From: Nitrosopumilaceae archaeon
GTDB taxonomy: Archaea > Thermoproteota > Nitrososphaeria > Nitrososphaerales > Nitrosopumilaceae
NCBI GenBank assembly: GCA_965208905.1
Contig: OZ242365.1
Location: forward strand, 1,312,001-1,376,000
Direction of reading: 5' to 3'
DNA: 64,000 bases
The position numbers and the translations under genes were made by a program. The first letter of the stretch is position 1. Every line of letters starts with the position of its first letter. Shown here one piece after another: positions 32,304 through 42,418 of the stretch. Below the pieces are notes generated by a model. It ran no database searches. It was not told the DNA's origin and saw only the letters and a program-made list of their open reading frames with translations.

Positions 32304-32684
32304 TTATTCTGTAATGACTTTTTTGACAGACTCTATGACATTCATGTAATCATCATCCTTGCCACTTATGGTTACGATATATGCTATGTTTTCGGAGGGT
32401 ATGAGGACCATCTTTACCTTTTTATGAACTACTAACATATGCTCCATTCTTCCGATATGATCTTCAGAATCTCGACTTATATTTAGAATCGTGGATAAGA
32501 CAAAGAACTCGTTTTTTGCCTGTTCGCGACCCAACATGGGCTGAGTCCCTGACCGTATAAACCCGGTAACTGTACGCCCGTACTTGTTTATTGCGCCCAC
32601 ATATCGTATACTACTTGAAATATTCAGTATACTCTTGCATATCTTTGCTTGTTTGTCTACATTAGTGCTCTGTCTTTCTGACAT
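32304..32684 (-). CDS. Roadblock/profilin-like fold protein of the thaumarchaeal expanded type
   Basis: IRYVGAINKYGRTVTG...IGRMEHMLVVHKKV pattern. Confidence 0.6.
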   Translation of the reverse strand: MSERQSTNVDKQAKICKSILNISSSIRYVGAINKYGRTVTGFIRSGTQPMLGREQAKNEFFVLSTILNISRDSEDHIGRMEHMLVVHKKVKMVLIPSENIAYIVTISGKDDDYMNVIESVKKVITE

Positions 32685-32784
32685 GATGTAACCTTGCTTA
32701 TCAATGATAAGTATGTTTGCTATATGCTGATGTGATGTATCGTAAATGATGTAGAACCCATACGACTATCATCTCACCAATTAT

Positions 32785-34263
32785 GGGAATTATATAGATA
32801 AGAAAACAGCCACAGCTGCGCGCTTATCCCTTTTCTGACGACTTTTCTGTATGGAGTGGAGCATGGCGGGTGTTGGCTTGTAGCCCTCCTTGTGCCCCGG
32901 CCGTCTTAGGACGACGTTCCCCGCCGCCCGATACAGAATGTTCCAGGCGGCATTGACATCCGCGTGGAACACTCTGGTACAGTTAGTGCAAATGAACTTA
33001 TCGCGTGATATACGCGACTCTGAGTCTACGTGACCACACACATGGCACGTCTGGCTCGTATATTTGGCCGATGCCCCCAACAGCGGTATGTTGTGCATCT
33101 CACACCACTGCGCAAGCTTGCGCAGGAACTCCCCAACACGGTTCTCCCGCATTGAACGGTTCATGGCGCGTTTGTAATTCCCGCCATGGGTGGTCATATC
33201 CTTTACGGAGAGCGATTCGACCACGACTGCGTCCACACCATTAGTTATCTGCGCAATCGTCTGATTTATCGTGTTCGCGGCTATGTTGTTGGCCTTCCTG
33301 TATAGCCGCTTAATTTGGTCATTCAATACACACCACTTCCGGCCATGCCGTACCTTATGGTCACGAAGGTTCTTGAGCGCGTCAATCTCCCGCAGGATTG
33401 CTCTATGGCGTGTGTTGTGTATTGTAACATTGCCATTTGTGTCGACGGTAACTGCCAGGTGTTTGCCGCCCACATCAACACCACGTATTACACCTGTATT
33501 GCGGTGCGGCTCGACCGGGACGCGCACGGCGATATGTATCTCAAACATGTGGTCGGACGGCTTTGTATGCTTGTCCACCCGTTTGGTGACATCAACTATC
33601 TTGAATGAGCGCATGTCCCATGATACATCGATGGGCTTGGCGGTCTCCACCGTACCATATCCGGGGATATGTATGGTGTGCTCACCTTTTCGTACAGGCG
33701 GTGTAACGGAACAAAGTATGATGCGGCCGTCTTTGCGGCGGTACGGCGCGTGGTCTGAGTTGTCATCTATAACCCTTCTACATGCGGCGGAGGCATCCTG
33801 TATGGCGCCCCTGCCAAACGATGCGGGGCACTCGCGCAGCCATGTATGTTTGGCGCGCCACCCCGTAAGCTGCTTGAACATGCCATACTTTAATGCCCTC
33901 TTTGACGGCCCAAAATCATATGTATGGTAGTCATCGTCCAGCGTACCTGATGTAAAACCACCTAGTTTGCCCGGCAGTTTGAATGGCTGAAGGATGTCCA
34001 CTACCACCCTCTCCATATATTCGCCACCAAACAAATACTCTGATACGGCGCGGTTGTACACATATCTTGACGCATGATTCGTGCGGTGCGCCCACTCTAC
34101 AAACAACACATCCTTTCGTAGCGGTACCTTGACTATCCGTATCATGATGTGTAATACGGTATACTGGTATTTAAGGAAGAATGTGGCGCATAGGCATGAA
34201 ATCCATGGTGGTTTAGGCGTTAACCAAAACCTCCGCAGGGGTGTTCTAATCTATATAATTCCC
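32785..34263 (-). mobile_element. Non-autonomous TIR element carrying only tnpB, with 8-bp TSD
   Basis: GGGAATTATATAGAT (32785-32799) and exact inverse ATCTATATAATTCCC (34249-34263); CCAATTAT at 32777-32784 and 34264-34271. Confidence 0.92.
32790..34145 (-). CDS. tnpB: TnpB/Cas12f-like RNA-guided nuclease
   Basis: RuvC-I GVDVG, RuvC-II VVESL, Zn finger CHVC...CTNC, RuvC-III HADVNAAWNI. Confidence 0.92.
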   Translation of the reverse strand: MIRIVKVPLRKDVLFVEWAHRTNHASRYVYNRAVSEYLFGGEYMERVVVDILQPFKLPGKLGGFTSGTLDDDYHTYDFGPSKRALKYGMFKQLTGWRAKHTWLRECPASFGRGAIQDASAACRRVIDDNSDHAPYRRKDGRIILCSVTPPVRKGEHTIHIPGYGTVETAKPIDVSWDMRSFKIVDVTKRVDKHTKPSDHMFEIHIAVRVPVEPHRNTGVIRGVDVGGKHLAVTVDTNGNVTIHNTRHRAILREIDALKNLRDHKVRHGRKWCVLNDQIKRLYRKANNIAANTINQTIAQITNGVDAVVVESLSVKDMTTHGGNYKRAMNRSMRENRVGEFLRKLAQWCEMHNIPLLGASAKYTSQTCHVCGHVDSESRISRDKFICTNCTRVFHADVNAAWNILYRAAGNVVLRRPGHKEGYKPTPAMLHSIQKSRQKRDKRAAVAVFLSI

Positions 34264-34311
34264 CCAATTATCATACAAAACATCAAATATGTCTTGTAAA
34301 ACTTACTATGT

Positions 34312-34674
34312 ATGGATGCTTCAAGCGATATGCTAAAGACACTATATGGTCTTAATCCTGACATGTACAACATGGCATTTCAATTCCCACGCCTTCCACC
34401 CGCAGCACTGAAGAGGATTGGTATCAATAATGATACGTTTTATCGCCTAGGTGATGACATACTTTCTGCTGACTTTGAAACGTTTCGGGCAGCCTTTCTA
34501 GAGCGAGCCAATGCCCTCACTACTGGATCTGCAACAGTTCCTCCGGGCCATCCACTGAGTAGCGGACGCAGACTTTTAAACTCTGTAATTGCCGAAAGGG
34601 ACAAACTACAAAAGGAGAATCAAGAGTTGCGCGAACAACTCAAAGCTACCCCCGACACCAATACACCGCCATAA
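34312..34674 (+). CDS. Hypothetical protein with C-terminal coiled coil
   Basis: 120-aa ORF; ERDKLQKENQELREQL. Confidence 0.55.
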   Translation: MDASSDMLKTLYGLNPDMYNMAFQFPRLPPAALKRIGINNDTFYRLGDDILSADFETFRAAFLERANALTTGSATVPPGHPLSSGRRLLNSVIAERDKLQKENQELREQLKATPDTNTPP

Positions 34675-34807
34675 CCCTACGTTGGTAATCCTGATACTTT
34701 TGCTGTGAGTATATCTCTACGATTAGGACCGCTAACCCGCCCAGTTAGAGTGACGTTCTTTGACTATGGATTATCCGAGATTGGACATAAATGACATCGA
34801 ATAAAAA

Positions 34808-35314
34808 TTACATATCTGATATTATATCTGCTCGTTTTGAAGAGATTTCCTTCTTGGCGTACTGTCTGATATCGTTTAACACATCAGGATTGGCGTCCTT
34901 GTATCGTTTAGATTCCATAAACATGTCTATCTTATCGGCATCATGCACTAGAATTGACTCGGGAGTCTTGGCTTCTACATACTCGCTCCATATGTCCTTG
35001 TATTGGTTATGTAGCTTTTTTGGAAGTTTTTCTAGTATGTCATCCATGGCCTTTTGGGTGTGCTTCTTCTTTTCGTTCCGGGGCATCTGATCCGGGGTAA
35101 TATCTCCGATTATGCCTTCGGCGATATCGTGCAGCAGGGACATCTTGACTACGCGCTCCGTATCTAAACCTTCCATGTCCGACAATGCCATTGCAATGAC
35201 ACTTGCACCATAACTATGATCAGCTACAGTCTCACCCTCTTCCACACCTGCTTTTATCCAACCAGAACGGTATATCTCTTTGAGATCCAATGCTGCATTT
35301 GCTAAATCCATCAA
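34808..35314 (-). CDS. HD-domain hydrolase (YfbR/HDDC2-like 5'-deoxynucleotidase)
   Basis: RSGW, ETVADHS, LLHDIAE, GDITP, DADKID. Confidence 0.88.
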   Translation of the reverse strand: MMDLANAALDLKEIYRSGWIKAGVEEGETVADHSYGASVIAMALSDMEGLDTERVVKMSLLHDIAEGIIGDITPDQMPRNEKKKHTQKAMDDILEKLPKKLHNQYKDIWSEYVEAKTPESILVHDADKIDMFMESKRYKDANPDVLNDIRQYAKKEISSKRADIISDM

Positions 35315-35433
35315 TACTTTCTCACATCTCCCTCAAGTAAACCGGAGCCAAGGTGTACCCTGTCTATATGTTTTGATAACAACTCGGCAGTTTTAAAAGT
35401 TGATCCACAATACGGACATACAAAATGCTCCAT
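35311..35433 (-). CDS. Small C2H2 zinc-finger protein
   Basis: MEHFVCPYCGSTFKTAELLSKHIDRVH; start ATG 35433. Confidence 0.7.
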   Translation of the reverse strand: MEHFVCPYCGSTFKTAELLSKHIDRVHLGSGLLEGDVRKY

Positions 35434-35705
35434 AATTTCCAGGTATATGTTTGATAATAAATAATTTCTGATTAATCTACAACGTTTCATAATTCGCATG
35501 CCTTTCGACAGGTCGTCTGGTTCCATGGCTGGCAGTGGCCGGCGGGACGATATAAGGACGCGGCGCGTTTCTTGGACATACACCAGGTTACAAATATCAT
35601 AGGCCTTCTGCAGATTACTAGAATAATCCACTAGGATCGCTCACTAGAATAACCCAATAGAATCACTAGATATCATTATAAAACTCAAAGTATTGCTCAC
35701 CTATA

Positions 35706-38700
35706 ATGATTAAATTAATGCTAGTAGCCATTATTACATTCTCACTGGCCGGAGTATCAGTACTTGCTTACTATGATACTCCCCAGAGCAATGCCGTGCC
35801 ACAGAGTGCAGGCATTCCGTTTGCAGAAGCTTCCACCCTACCCTCTGTTTCTCATGAAATATGGATAGAGGCAGTAAAAATGCCCGATGGGATGTACGCA
35901 TACAAACTTGCCGCATATGACATGGATGGCACATCTGTGATCGACAGGTTTAGCACTAAACCATCAATTCCCGGTCCGACTCTGATCTTTACCGAGGGCG
36001 ATGAGGTTACGCTGCACCTGACAAATTTAGCCTGCAAGGATGATTATCTCATAGGAAGTAATGGACCGAACGAGAATTCTTATCTTGGAATTCACGTTCA
36101 CGGCGTGCATTATTCTATAGAAGATGATGCAAGCTACCAGCGAATGCATATGACCGGCACCACCGCTGAATCCGCCGCAAGCTGTGGCGATTCGGTGACT
36201 TACGAATGGGATGTCGGCGTTGGAACTGCTGGAACATGGCCTTATCACGATCACACATTCAGCAAGAATGAAATCGGCTCCGAAGATCTGGGACTGTTCG
36301 GGACTGTCATTGTAAACCCCGCAAGCGGGACGGTTTCTGGTTTTGTCAATGGCGAGACTGGAACGATAGATTCAATACCCGTTGAAGACATCGAAAAGGA
36401 ATTCATCCTTTGGATGGTTTCCTCCAAAGTTTTGGGTACAAGTGTCTTTTATGGTATGGAAGTTGATAATGACGTAAACAATGATGGTACCATAACCACA
36501 GACGACATCAAGCAGACCCCGTTGTGGACCAATCCTCCGCTCTACGCAACCGACGGTGCCAAAGTCAGATACCATGTACTTGGCATAGGTGATGAAACAC
36601 ACGCATTCCACCTTCACGGCCACCGCTGGGTTGAAGCTACCGGAGGCGCAGCCGACATCATCGATGTAAAGGAGATATCGCCACTGCAGCGCCACACATT
36701 CGTCATTGAAGCGAGCGATAACGGAAATGAGCACACAGGTACGGAAGGTTGGATGTATCACTGTCATGTGTTTGAACACATGGAAGCTGGTATGAACGGA
36801 ATGATGATGGTAATCGACGGTAGCGATACGCTGCCGGAGATCGGCGCCGTCTTTACACTGAGCGATGAGCCGGGGACTTGGATGAAAACCTTGGATTCCG
36901 GGTTTACCGACGTACTTGACGATGCCTTAGCCGCTTCCACCCTGACCATCTCTGATGAGGCAGGTGAAGAAACGGTAATTCCATCACTGAACGCTAACCC
37001 GGAGGAGGGTACAGGATTCCCGCTGGATTATCTAGGCGTATTGTCTCCTGGATTCGCGGATTCTGAGGGCCGCTCCTTGGCGGTTATCGAGACCGGCCAA
37101 ACCGTACTGTTTGGCATGAAAGACTCGCAAACAAAACACACCATCACTGCGCTAATCTATCCGACTTCTGCCGCTTCGGATGGGCCGATTGGCGGCAACG
37201 GCGTATTGACGCAAGCCGGCATAGGACTCTTTGATGCCCAGACTGGTATCCGAGGCTCCACATTCATCACTGATGATGATGGATTTGCAGCCACGCTTGA
37301 CGAGCCCGGACTGTACGTGTTTGTCTGCAAGATACACCCGTATATGCTCAGCGCAGTCATAGTTGACGACCCCGAAACAAACATACATCTGGGTAATGTC
37401 AACAAGGATTCCGGCGGCACAACAATTCCACTATTGGACCTCTCTGACAACCTGACCATTCTGACCCGCACCGGCACGTCCTTCCCGACAACGGTGTCCA
37501 TAAGTCCAGACGATCCGTTGATCGGACTGGTTACATCCTTGGTCAAGACATTCTACGCGATCACCGACCCGTCCAACTGGAAGGATTACACCCAAGATAC
37601 ATGGAATGTAAACCTTCCACCAGCACCATTGACTACAAACAACAACGATGTATGGATCTTCTTGGTCGATGGTGATACCGTGGGTACCATTGCGGGATTG
37701 ACGGCTCCGTCCAACCCCGACACCGGAACAGTCGCGTCAACCATCCTGCCTCTAGGCTTGGACAGCTCTATGTCTATCAGCGCAGATGTCCCGCAAGTCA
37801 GCGGAGTAGGCGAGGTTTGGGTGAATACGCAGTTTGAGGCCACAGTGGGCAAGAACCTGCTGGGCACGCACGCGGACAAGCCAGGTACCATAACTGTGAT
37901 TAACGCAGATGACTGGAGCATTGAGCGCAAGCTTTCCTTGCCTGAACTTGGGACGAACGATCCACAAAGATTGGCCACGAGTTTGGGCATGAACAACCCC
38001 CATAATCTCTGGGCCGATGCCAAAAACGAGGTTATCTACCAGACTCAGTGGTTTGACAAACGGATGGTTGCATTCGAACGCGAATCCGGAGACGTAATCA
38101 AGGACATGTTTGTTGGTGAATCTCCATCACACGTTATGACTGCTCCTGCGGGAAGCGGTGAAGGAAACATTTACCTTGCCATGAACGGCGAGGAACAAAT
38201 TACAGTGGTAGATCCCAACACCTTTGATATCATTCAACAGATATCTACCGGTCCGCGTTCACACCCACACGGTCATTGGATATCCAGTGACGGCTCAAAA
38301 ATCGTAACTCCAGACTTTATAGGACTGAAGGCATCCATCATAGATCTTGAAGAAGGTACCGTGACCAGTGCTGCACATGCGGATGGTTCCACCCTGTTGA
38401 TTACGCCGATTGCAACCGGCATGATGGGTGATGTTTCAAAGTTCTATACCGCCGATTTCCTAGGAAACACCCTATCGGTAATTGATCTTAGTACAAACAC
38501 CATTACAAAACAAATAGACATAATTGCCGAAACTGGTGGCATAGTTGGACTTCCAATCCAGACGCCGGTTAGTCCGGATGATAAATGGATGGTTACTGCA
38601 CACACACTTGGCACAAAGATCACCGTCGTTGATACTCGTACGGATGAAATTGTTGCCACTCTTCCATGTGATCCCGAATGCCATGGTGTTCAGTGGGGCG

Positions 38701-39065
38701 CAAAAAAGAACGGAGGATACTTGGCATACGTGTCCAGTAAATTCTCCAATGCTCTGATTGTCGTCGATCCTGACCCTAATGGAAACGGTAGCGCCCTTGA
38801 CGCAAGGGTTATTGGGAAGATTGTTCTCACAGAGCAGTTTGATACAGACATGGATGACCGAGTATACGATCACGCCGGAATGGGAGGACAAGGTCTCCTT
38901 ACAGTTCCAAATGTTTATGCGGGATGGATTCAGCAAACTATCGAAGCATGCTCAGATGGACAAGGAGAGCTCAGCGAACAACTGTGTGGAGAAGAGATGG
39001 TCGCATTCTTAGAATCACTAGAAGACGAACACTTGGACCCATTAAATCCTGCTAACGACGGCTAA
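35706..39065 (+). CDS. Secreted two-domain multicopper oxidase fused to cupredoxin and YVTN-type beta-propeller
   Basis: HVHG, WPYHDH, HAFHLHGH, HCHVFEHMEAGM; CKIHPYM; propeller repeats. Confidence 0.85.
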   Translation: MIKLMLVAIITFSLAGVSVLAYYDTPQSNAVPQSAGIPFAEASTLPSVSHEIWIEAVKMPDGMYAYKLAAYDMDGTSVIDRFSTKPSIPGPTLIFTEGDEVTLHLTNLACKDDYLIGSNGPNENSYLGIHVHGVHYSIEDDASYQRMHMTGTTAESAASCGDSVTYEWDVGVGTAGTWPYHDHTFSKNEIGSEDLGLFGTVIVNPASGTVSGFVNGETGTIDSIPVEDIEKEFILWMVSSKVLGTSVFYGMEVDNDVNNDGTITTDDIKQTPLWTNPPLYATDGAKVRYHVLGIGDETHAFHLHGHRWVEATGGAADIIDVKEISPLQRHTFVIEASDNGNEHTGTEGWMYHCHVFEHMEAGMNGMMMVIDGSDTLPEIGAVFTLSDEPGTWMKTLDSGFTDVLDDALAASTLTISDEAGEETVIPSLNANPEEGTGFPLDYLGVLSPGFADSEGRSLAVIETGQTVLFGMKDSQTKHTITALIYPTSAASDGPIGGNGVLTQAGIGLFDAQTGIRGSTFITDDDGFAATLDEPGLYVFVCKIHPYMLSAVIVDDPETNIHLGNVNKDSGGTTIPLLDLSDNLTILTRTGTSFPTTVSISPDDPLIGLVTSLVKTFYAITDPSNWKDYTQDTWNVNLPPAPLTTNNNDVWIFLVDGDTVGTIAGLTAPSNPDTGTVASTILPLGLDSSMSISADVPQVSGVGEVWVNTQFEATVGKNLLGTHADKPGTITVINADDWSIERKLSLPELGTNDPQRLATSLGMNNPHNLWADAKNEVIYQTQWFDKRMVAFERESGDVIKDMFVGESPSHVMTAPAGSGEGNIYLAMNGEEQITVVDPNTFDIIQQISTGPRSHPHGHWISSDGSKIVTPDFIGLKASIIDLEEGTVTSAAHADGSTLLITPIATGMMGDVSKFYTADFLGNTLSVIDLSTNTITKQIDIIAETGGIVGLPIQTPVSPDDKWMVTAHTLGTKITVVDTRTDEIVATLPCDPECHGVQWGAKKNGGYLAYVSSKFSNALIVVDPDPNGNGSALDARVIGKIVLTEQFDTDMDDRVYDHAGMGGQGLLTVPNVYAGWIQQTIEACSDGQGELSEQLCGEEMVAFLESLEDEHLDPLNPANDG

Positions 39066-39456
39066 ACAATACAACAATAATTTTTTTGTTTTTTAGAAAT
39101 GCCACAAACTGTGGTGATGGATCTACCTGTCAAATCGGGCGGATAGAATCTTCTTATCCGCCTGCCTACAAATGAGTATGTCAGAAAGGTGATGTGCTGA
39201 CATACGACAACAGCCACCAATAATTGAAAGCGCAGGTGGAAATAATAATATCCTCGTTCAAGAGGCTGCTGGGAGCGGCTCTCCGGGCAGTAAAACCCGA
39301 GTATATGATGGGGACGCACCATCTCTGGATTACCGTCTGAATGTATACAATCGTGCTGCTGGTGCCGGGCCTCCTGAGGCTTTATACTAGTGGACACACC
39401 AGATGAGATGAAGACAGAACAACATTAAAAATACCATCACTTAATAATACACACTG

Positions 39457-39819
39457 TTGCCTGATGACACCATCGTTGTATATGTGGATGGTCGGGGCGG
39501 TAACTCTAGTGGGTATGGCTACTATGCGCCAAATACGGGAGAATCAGATTTTATCAAGAAGTCAGACCTGACAAATATGGAGGCTGAATATACTGCAATT
39601 TTATTTGCATTGGAAAAGTATGCGTATACACAAAAACCACTTGTGTTGTATAGTGATGCGCAAACTGTAGTCTTGCAGATAAATCATGAATACTCTATAA
39701 AAAAAGATACACTTCGAGACCTGGCCCGTAAAATATGGCTCTTAATTAAAGAATATCCTTCAGTTGAGATAAAATGGATACCGCGTGAAGAGAACCTTGC
39801 AGGCAAGATGTTGGGCTGA
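39457..39819 (+). CDS. rnhA: Ribonuclease HI-family protein
   Basis: YVDG, TNMEAEY, YSDAQ, WIPREEN. Confidence 0.82.
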   Translation: MPDDTIVVYVDGRGGNSSGYGYYAPNTGESDFIKKSDLTNMEAEYTAILFALEKYAYTQKPLVLYSDAQTVVLQINHEYSIKKDTLRDLARKIWLLIKEYPSVEIKWIPREENLAGKMLG

Positions 39820-40587
39820 CTATGACCCACTCAGACTGCGCCGGTATATGCATTGTGTGGGGTCTACGTACATTGAATCATCTGGCATAGTGTATCCGCC
39901 GGTCACAATATTAGAACCGCGTACGACAACATAGGGTGTTGATTGGGATCCCTCACCCATGATGTAGTTGCCTGCCGATGCCATACTGTCTGCTACAGCC
40001 TGAAATGTTACCTTGAGCGGCTTTCCGTCCAAGTCTGAGCGACCGCGCATGTCTATAACTGGCGAGAGTCCCGCACACGCTACGGCGACACCAACAGTTC
40101 CTACACGACCTGGCATTAGGCGACTGTCTGCTAGTATGACCCCCACAAGAATACCTGTATCTAAAAATATGCGGCGACGAAGAGTCTCGGCAGTCTTATG
40201 CGGAGATGCAGGATACATTATCAAACTATCATGTCCAGCATTGGATGCATCAATTCCTGCATTTGGGGCCATCATGCCATTTGTGAAAGCTAAAACAAAC
40301 CCGTTCATGCCACCTAATGTATAATCAGACTCTCGTAGTATGACCTCTGCTGTCTTTGATTTTATTCTATATCTGTTGGAGATATGTTGCGCATAGTCTG
40401 AAACGTGTATGGTATTGGTTTGTATGATGCGGCCTTCGGATATTGCAGCAAATTTTGTAGACACTATAACGACATCACCAGGTAATATTTTTAGATGATT
40501 TTTATATAATCCATCTTTGAGGCATCTGTACAAATCAAATCTATCACTCTGTCTCTTTACACGTACGGGGAATAAATTCATCTTCAT
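39820..40587 (-). CDS. cofE: Coenzyme F420-0:L-glutamate ligase
   Basis: STKFAAISEG, PNAGIDASN, VILADS, MGEG. Confidence 0.88.
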   Translation of the reverse strand: MKMNLFPVRVKRQSDRFDLYRCLKDGLYKNHLKILPGDVVIVSTKFAAISEGRIIQTNTIHVSDYAQHISNRYRIKSKTAEVILRESDYTLGGMNGFVLAFTNGMMAPNAGIDASNAGHDSLIMYPASPHKTAETLRRRIFLDTGILVGVILADSRLMPGRVGTVGVAVACAGLSPVIDMRGRSDLDGKPLKVTFQAVADSMASAGNYIMGEGSQSTPYVVVRGSNIVTGGYTMPDDSMYVDPTQCIYRRSLSGS

Positions 40588-40666
40588 ATATTATAACACC
40601 ACAAGGGAATTTTTAGCGTTACCATGATGATGCCAAAGTTTTAAAATCCTCCATTATAATAACAAA

Positions 40667-41941
40667 TTGTTGAATCTTGTAGAGAAGATACTGGCCCGGG
40701 CATCAAAGCGGGATAGTGTATCACCCGGCGATGTGATATTTGCCGATGTGGACAAGGCCATGCTGCATGATGTCTCTGGCCCTGGCGTTATCAAGGTGTT
40801 TGAAAAGCTAAAAAAAAAGGGAATAAAGACCGACAAACTCTGGAACCCCTCAAAAGTCTGGGTGGCTGAAGACCACTTTGTTCCATCTGCAGAGAAGATA
40901 TCTGCGCAAAATATAGTGAAATTATCAAAGTTCACAAAATCATATGGAATCCAACGTCACTACAAGTATGGCATGGGTCAGTATGGCATATGCCACTCTC
41001 TGTCTCATGAGGAAGCACTGGTACTTCCAGGCGAGGTATATGTTGGTGGCGACTCTCACACAAACACCACCGGCGCATTGGGAGCCTTTGCCTGCGGATT
41101 GGGTCATACAGACATGGCATATGTACTGTTACATGGTCGTATATGGTTCCGCGTACCCGAGACCATACTGTTCAAGATAAGTGGTAGCCTACCAAAGAGT
41201 GTGAGCGCCAAGGATGTAATACTGCGCATTATAGGCGATATTGGTACTGACGGTGGCGCATATCGTACAATGCAGTTTGCTGGAGATACAGTATCTAACA
41301 TGTCTGTTGAGGATAGATTGACACTGTGCAACATGACCACCGAAGCCGGAGCAAAAAACGGCATTGTCTCAGCAGACAACAAGACGATACAATACTTGAC
41401 CGAGAGAGGAGCCTCATCAATATCTCCAATATATCAAGATGATGATGCAGAGTACTCAGATGTATATGAGTATGATGCAGAGTCTCTTGTACCCGTGGTT
41501 GCAGAACCTTATTCTCCTGAAAATGTAACTCCTGTATCCGAGGCGCCTACAGAAGATTTGGACAAAGCATACATTGGGTCTTGCACAGGTGCCAAATACG
41601 AAGATCTGGTGGCCGCCACCCGCATACTCAAAGGTCGAAAGGTAAAGATTCGCACCGAAGTGTTACCTGCTACAATATCGATATATAGACGTGCTGTAGA
41701 GGGCGGTCTTGTATCTACACTGATGGAGTCTGGCGCCATGGTTGGCCCCCCCACATGTGGTGCATGTTGTGGAGCTCACATGGGTGTACTGGCGGATAAA
41801 GAGGTGTGCATAAGTACTACAAATCGTAACTTCCCTGGTAGGATGGGTCATGTAACGTCACGAACGTATCTGGCCTCACCTGCAGTGGCCGCAGCCTCGG
41901 CAGTGACTGGCCGTATAACTCATCCGGAGGATTTGGATTGA
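40667..41941 (+). CDS. Homoaconitase / 3-isopropylmalate dehydratase large subunit (archaeal type)
   Basis: GGDSHT, IGSCTG, CGACCG, TNRNFPGRMG. Confidence 0.9.
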   Translation: MLNLVEKILARASKRDSVSPGDVIFADVDKAMLHDVSGPGVIKVFEKLKKKGIKTDKLWNPSKVWVAEDHFVPSAEKISAQNIVKLSKFTKSYGIQRHYKYGMGQYGICHSLSHEEALVLPGEVYVGGDSHTNTTGALGAFACGLGHTDMAYVLLHGRIWFRVPETILFKISGSLPKSVSAKDVILRIIGDIGTDGGAYRTMQFAGDTVSNMSVEDRLTLCNMTTEAGAKNGIVSADNKTIQYLTERGASSISPIYQDDDAEYSDVYEYDAESLVPVVAEPYSPENVTPVSEAPTEDLDKAYIGSCTGAKYEDLVAATRILKGRKVKIRTEVLPATISIYRRAVEGGLVSTLMESGAMVGPPTCGACCGAHMGVLADKEVCISTTNRNFPGRMGHVTSRTYLASPAVAAASAVTGRITHPEDLD

Positions 41942-42417
41942 GTGGCAAAGTAGTAAAGTATGATCAAGACAATATAGACACCGATGTTATAATCCCTGGT
42001 CAATACCTAAAGATACACGACTATGCGGAGCTGGCCACACATGCAATGGAGGGACTAGACGAGTCCTTTCACTCTAAAAAGGGGACGTATATAGTTGCAG
42101 GTAGGAATTTTGGCTGCGGCTCATCGCGAGAACATGCGCCCATTGCACTATCTGAATCCGGCATAAAAGCAGTCTTAGCACTATCTTTTGCGCGCATATT
42201 TTATAGAAACTCAGTGGATGGAGCATTTCTCCTACCTATAGAGATTGACCAACATACATACAATGAGATATCTGATGGTGATGATATACAAGTCGACATA
42301 ACATCAAACAAGGTAATGAATAATACCACCAAAAAGACATATTCAATAAAACCATTTCCAGATATTATACGAGATATAATAGATGCTGGAGGCTTGTTTG
42401 GGTATGTCCCAAAATAG
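41938..42417 (+). CDS. Homoaconitase / isopropylmalate dehydratase small subunit
   Basis: [21 protein letters not shown]. Confidence 0.9.
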   Translation: MSGKVVKYDQDNIDTDVIIPGQYLKIHDYAELATHAMEGLDESFHSKKGTYIVAGRNFGCGSSREHAPIALSESGIKAVLALSFARIFYRNSVDGAFLLPIEIDQHTYNEISDGDDIQVDITSNKVMNNTTKKTYSIKPFPDIIRDIIDAGGLFGYVPK

Positions 42418-42418
42418 T

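Noticed and set aside
32790-34145. Type V CRISPR-Cas12f locus or IS200/IS605 element
   Set aside because: No array or TnpA nearby; the boundaries are TIR plus TSD.
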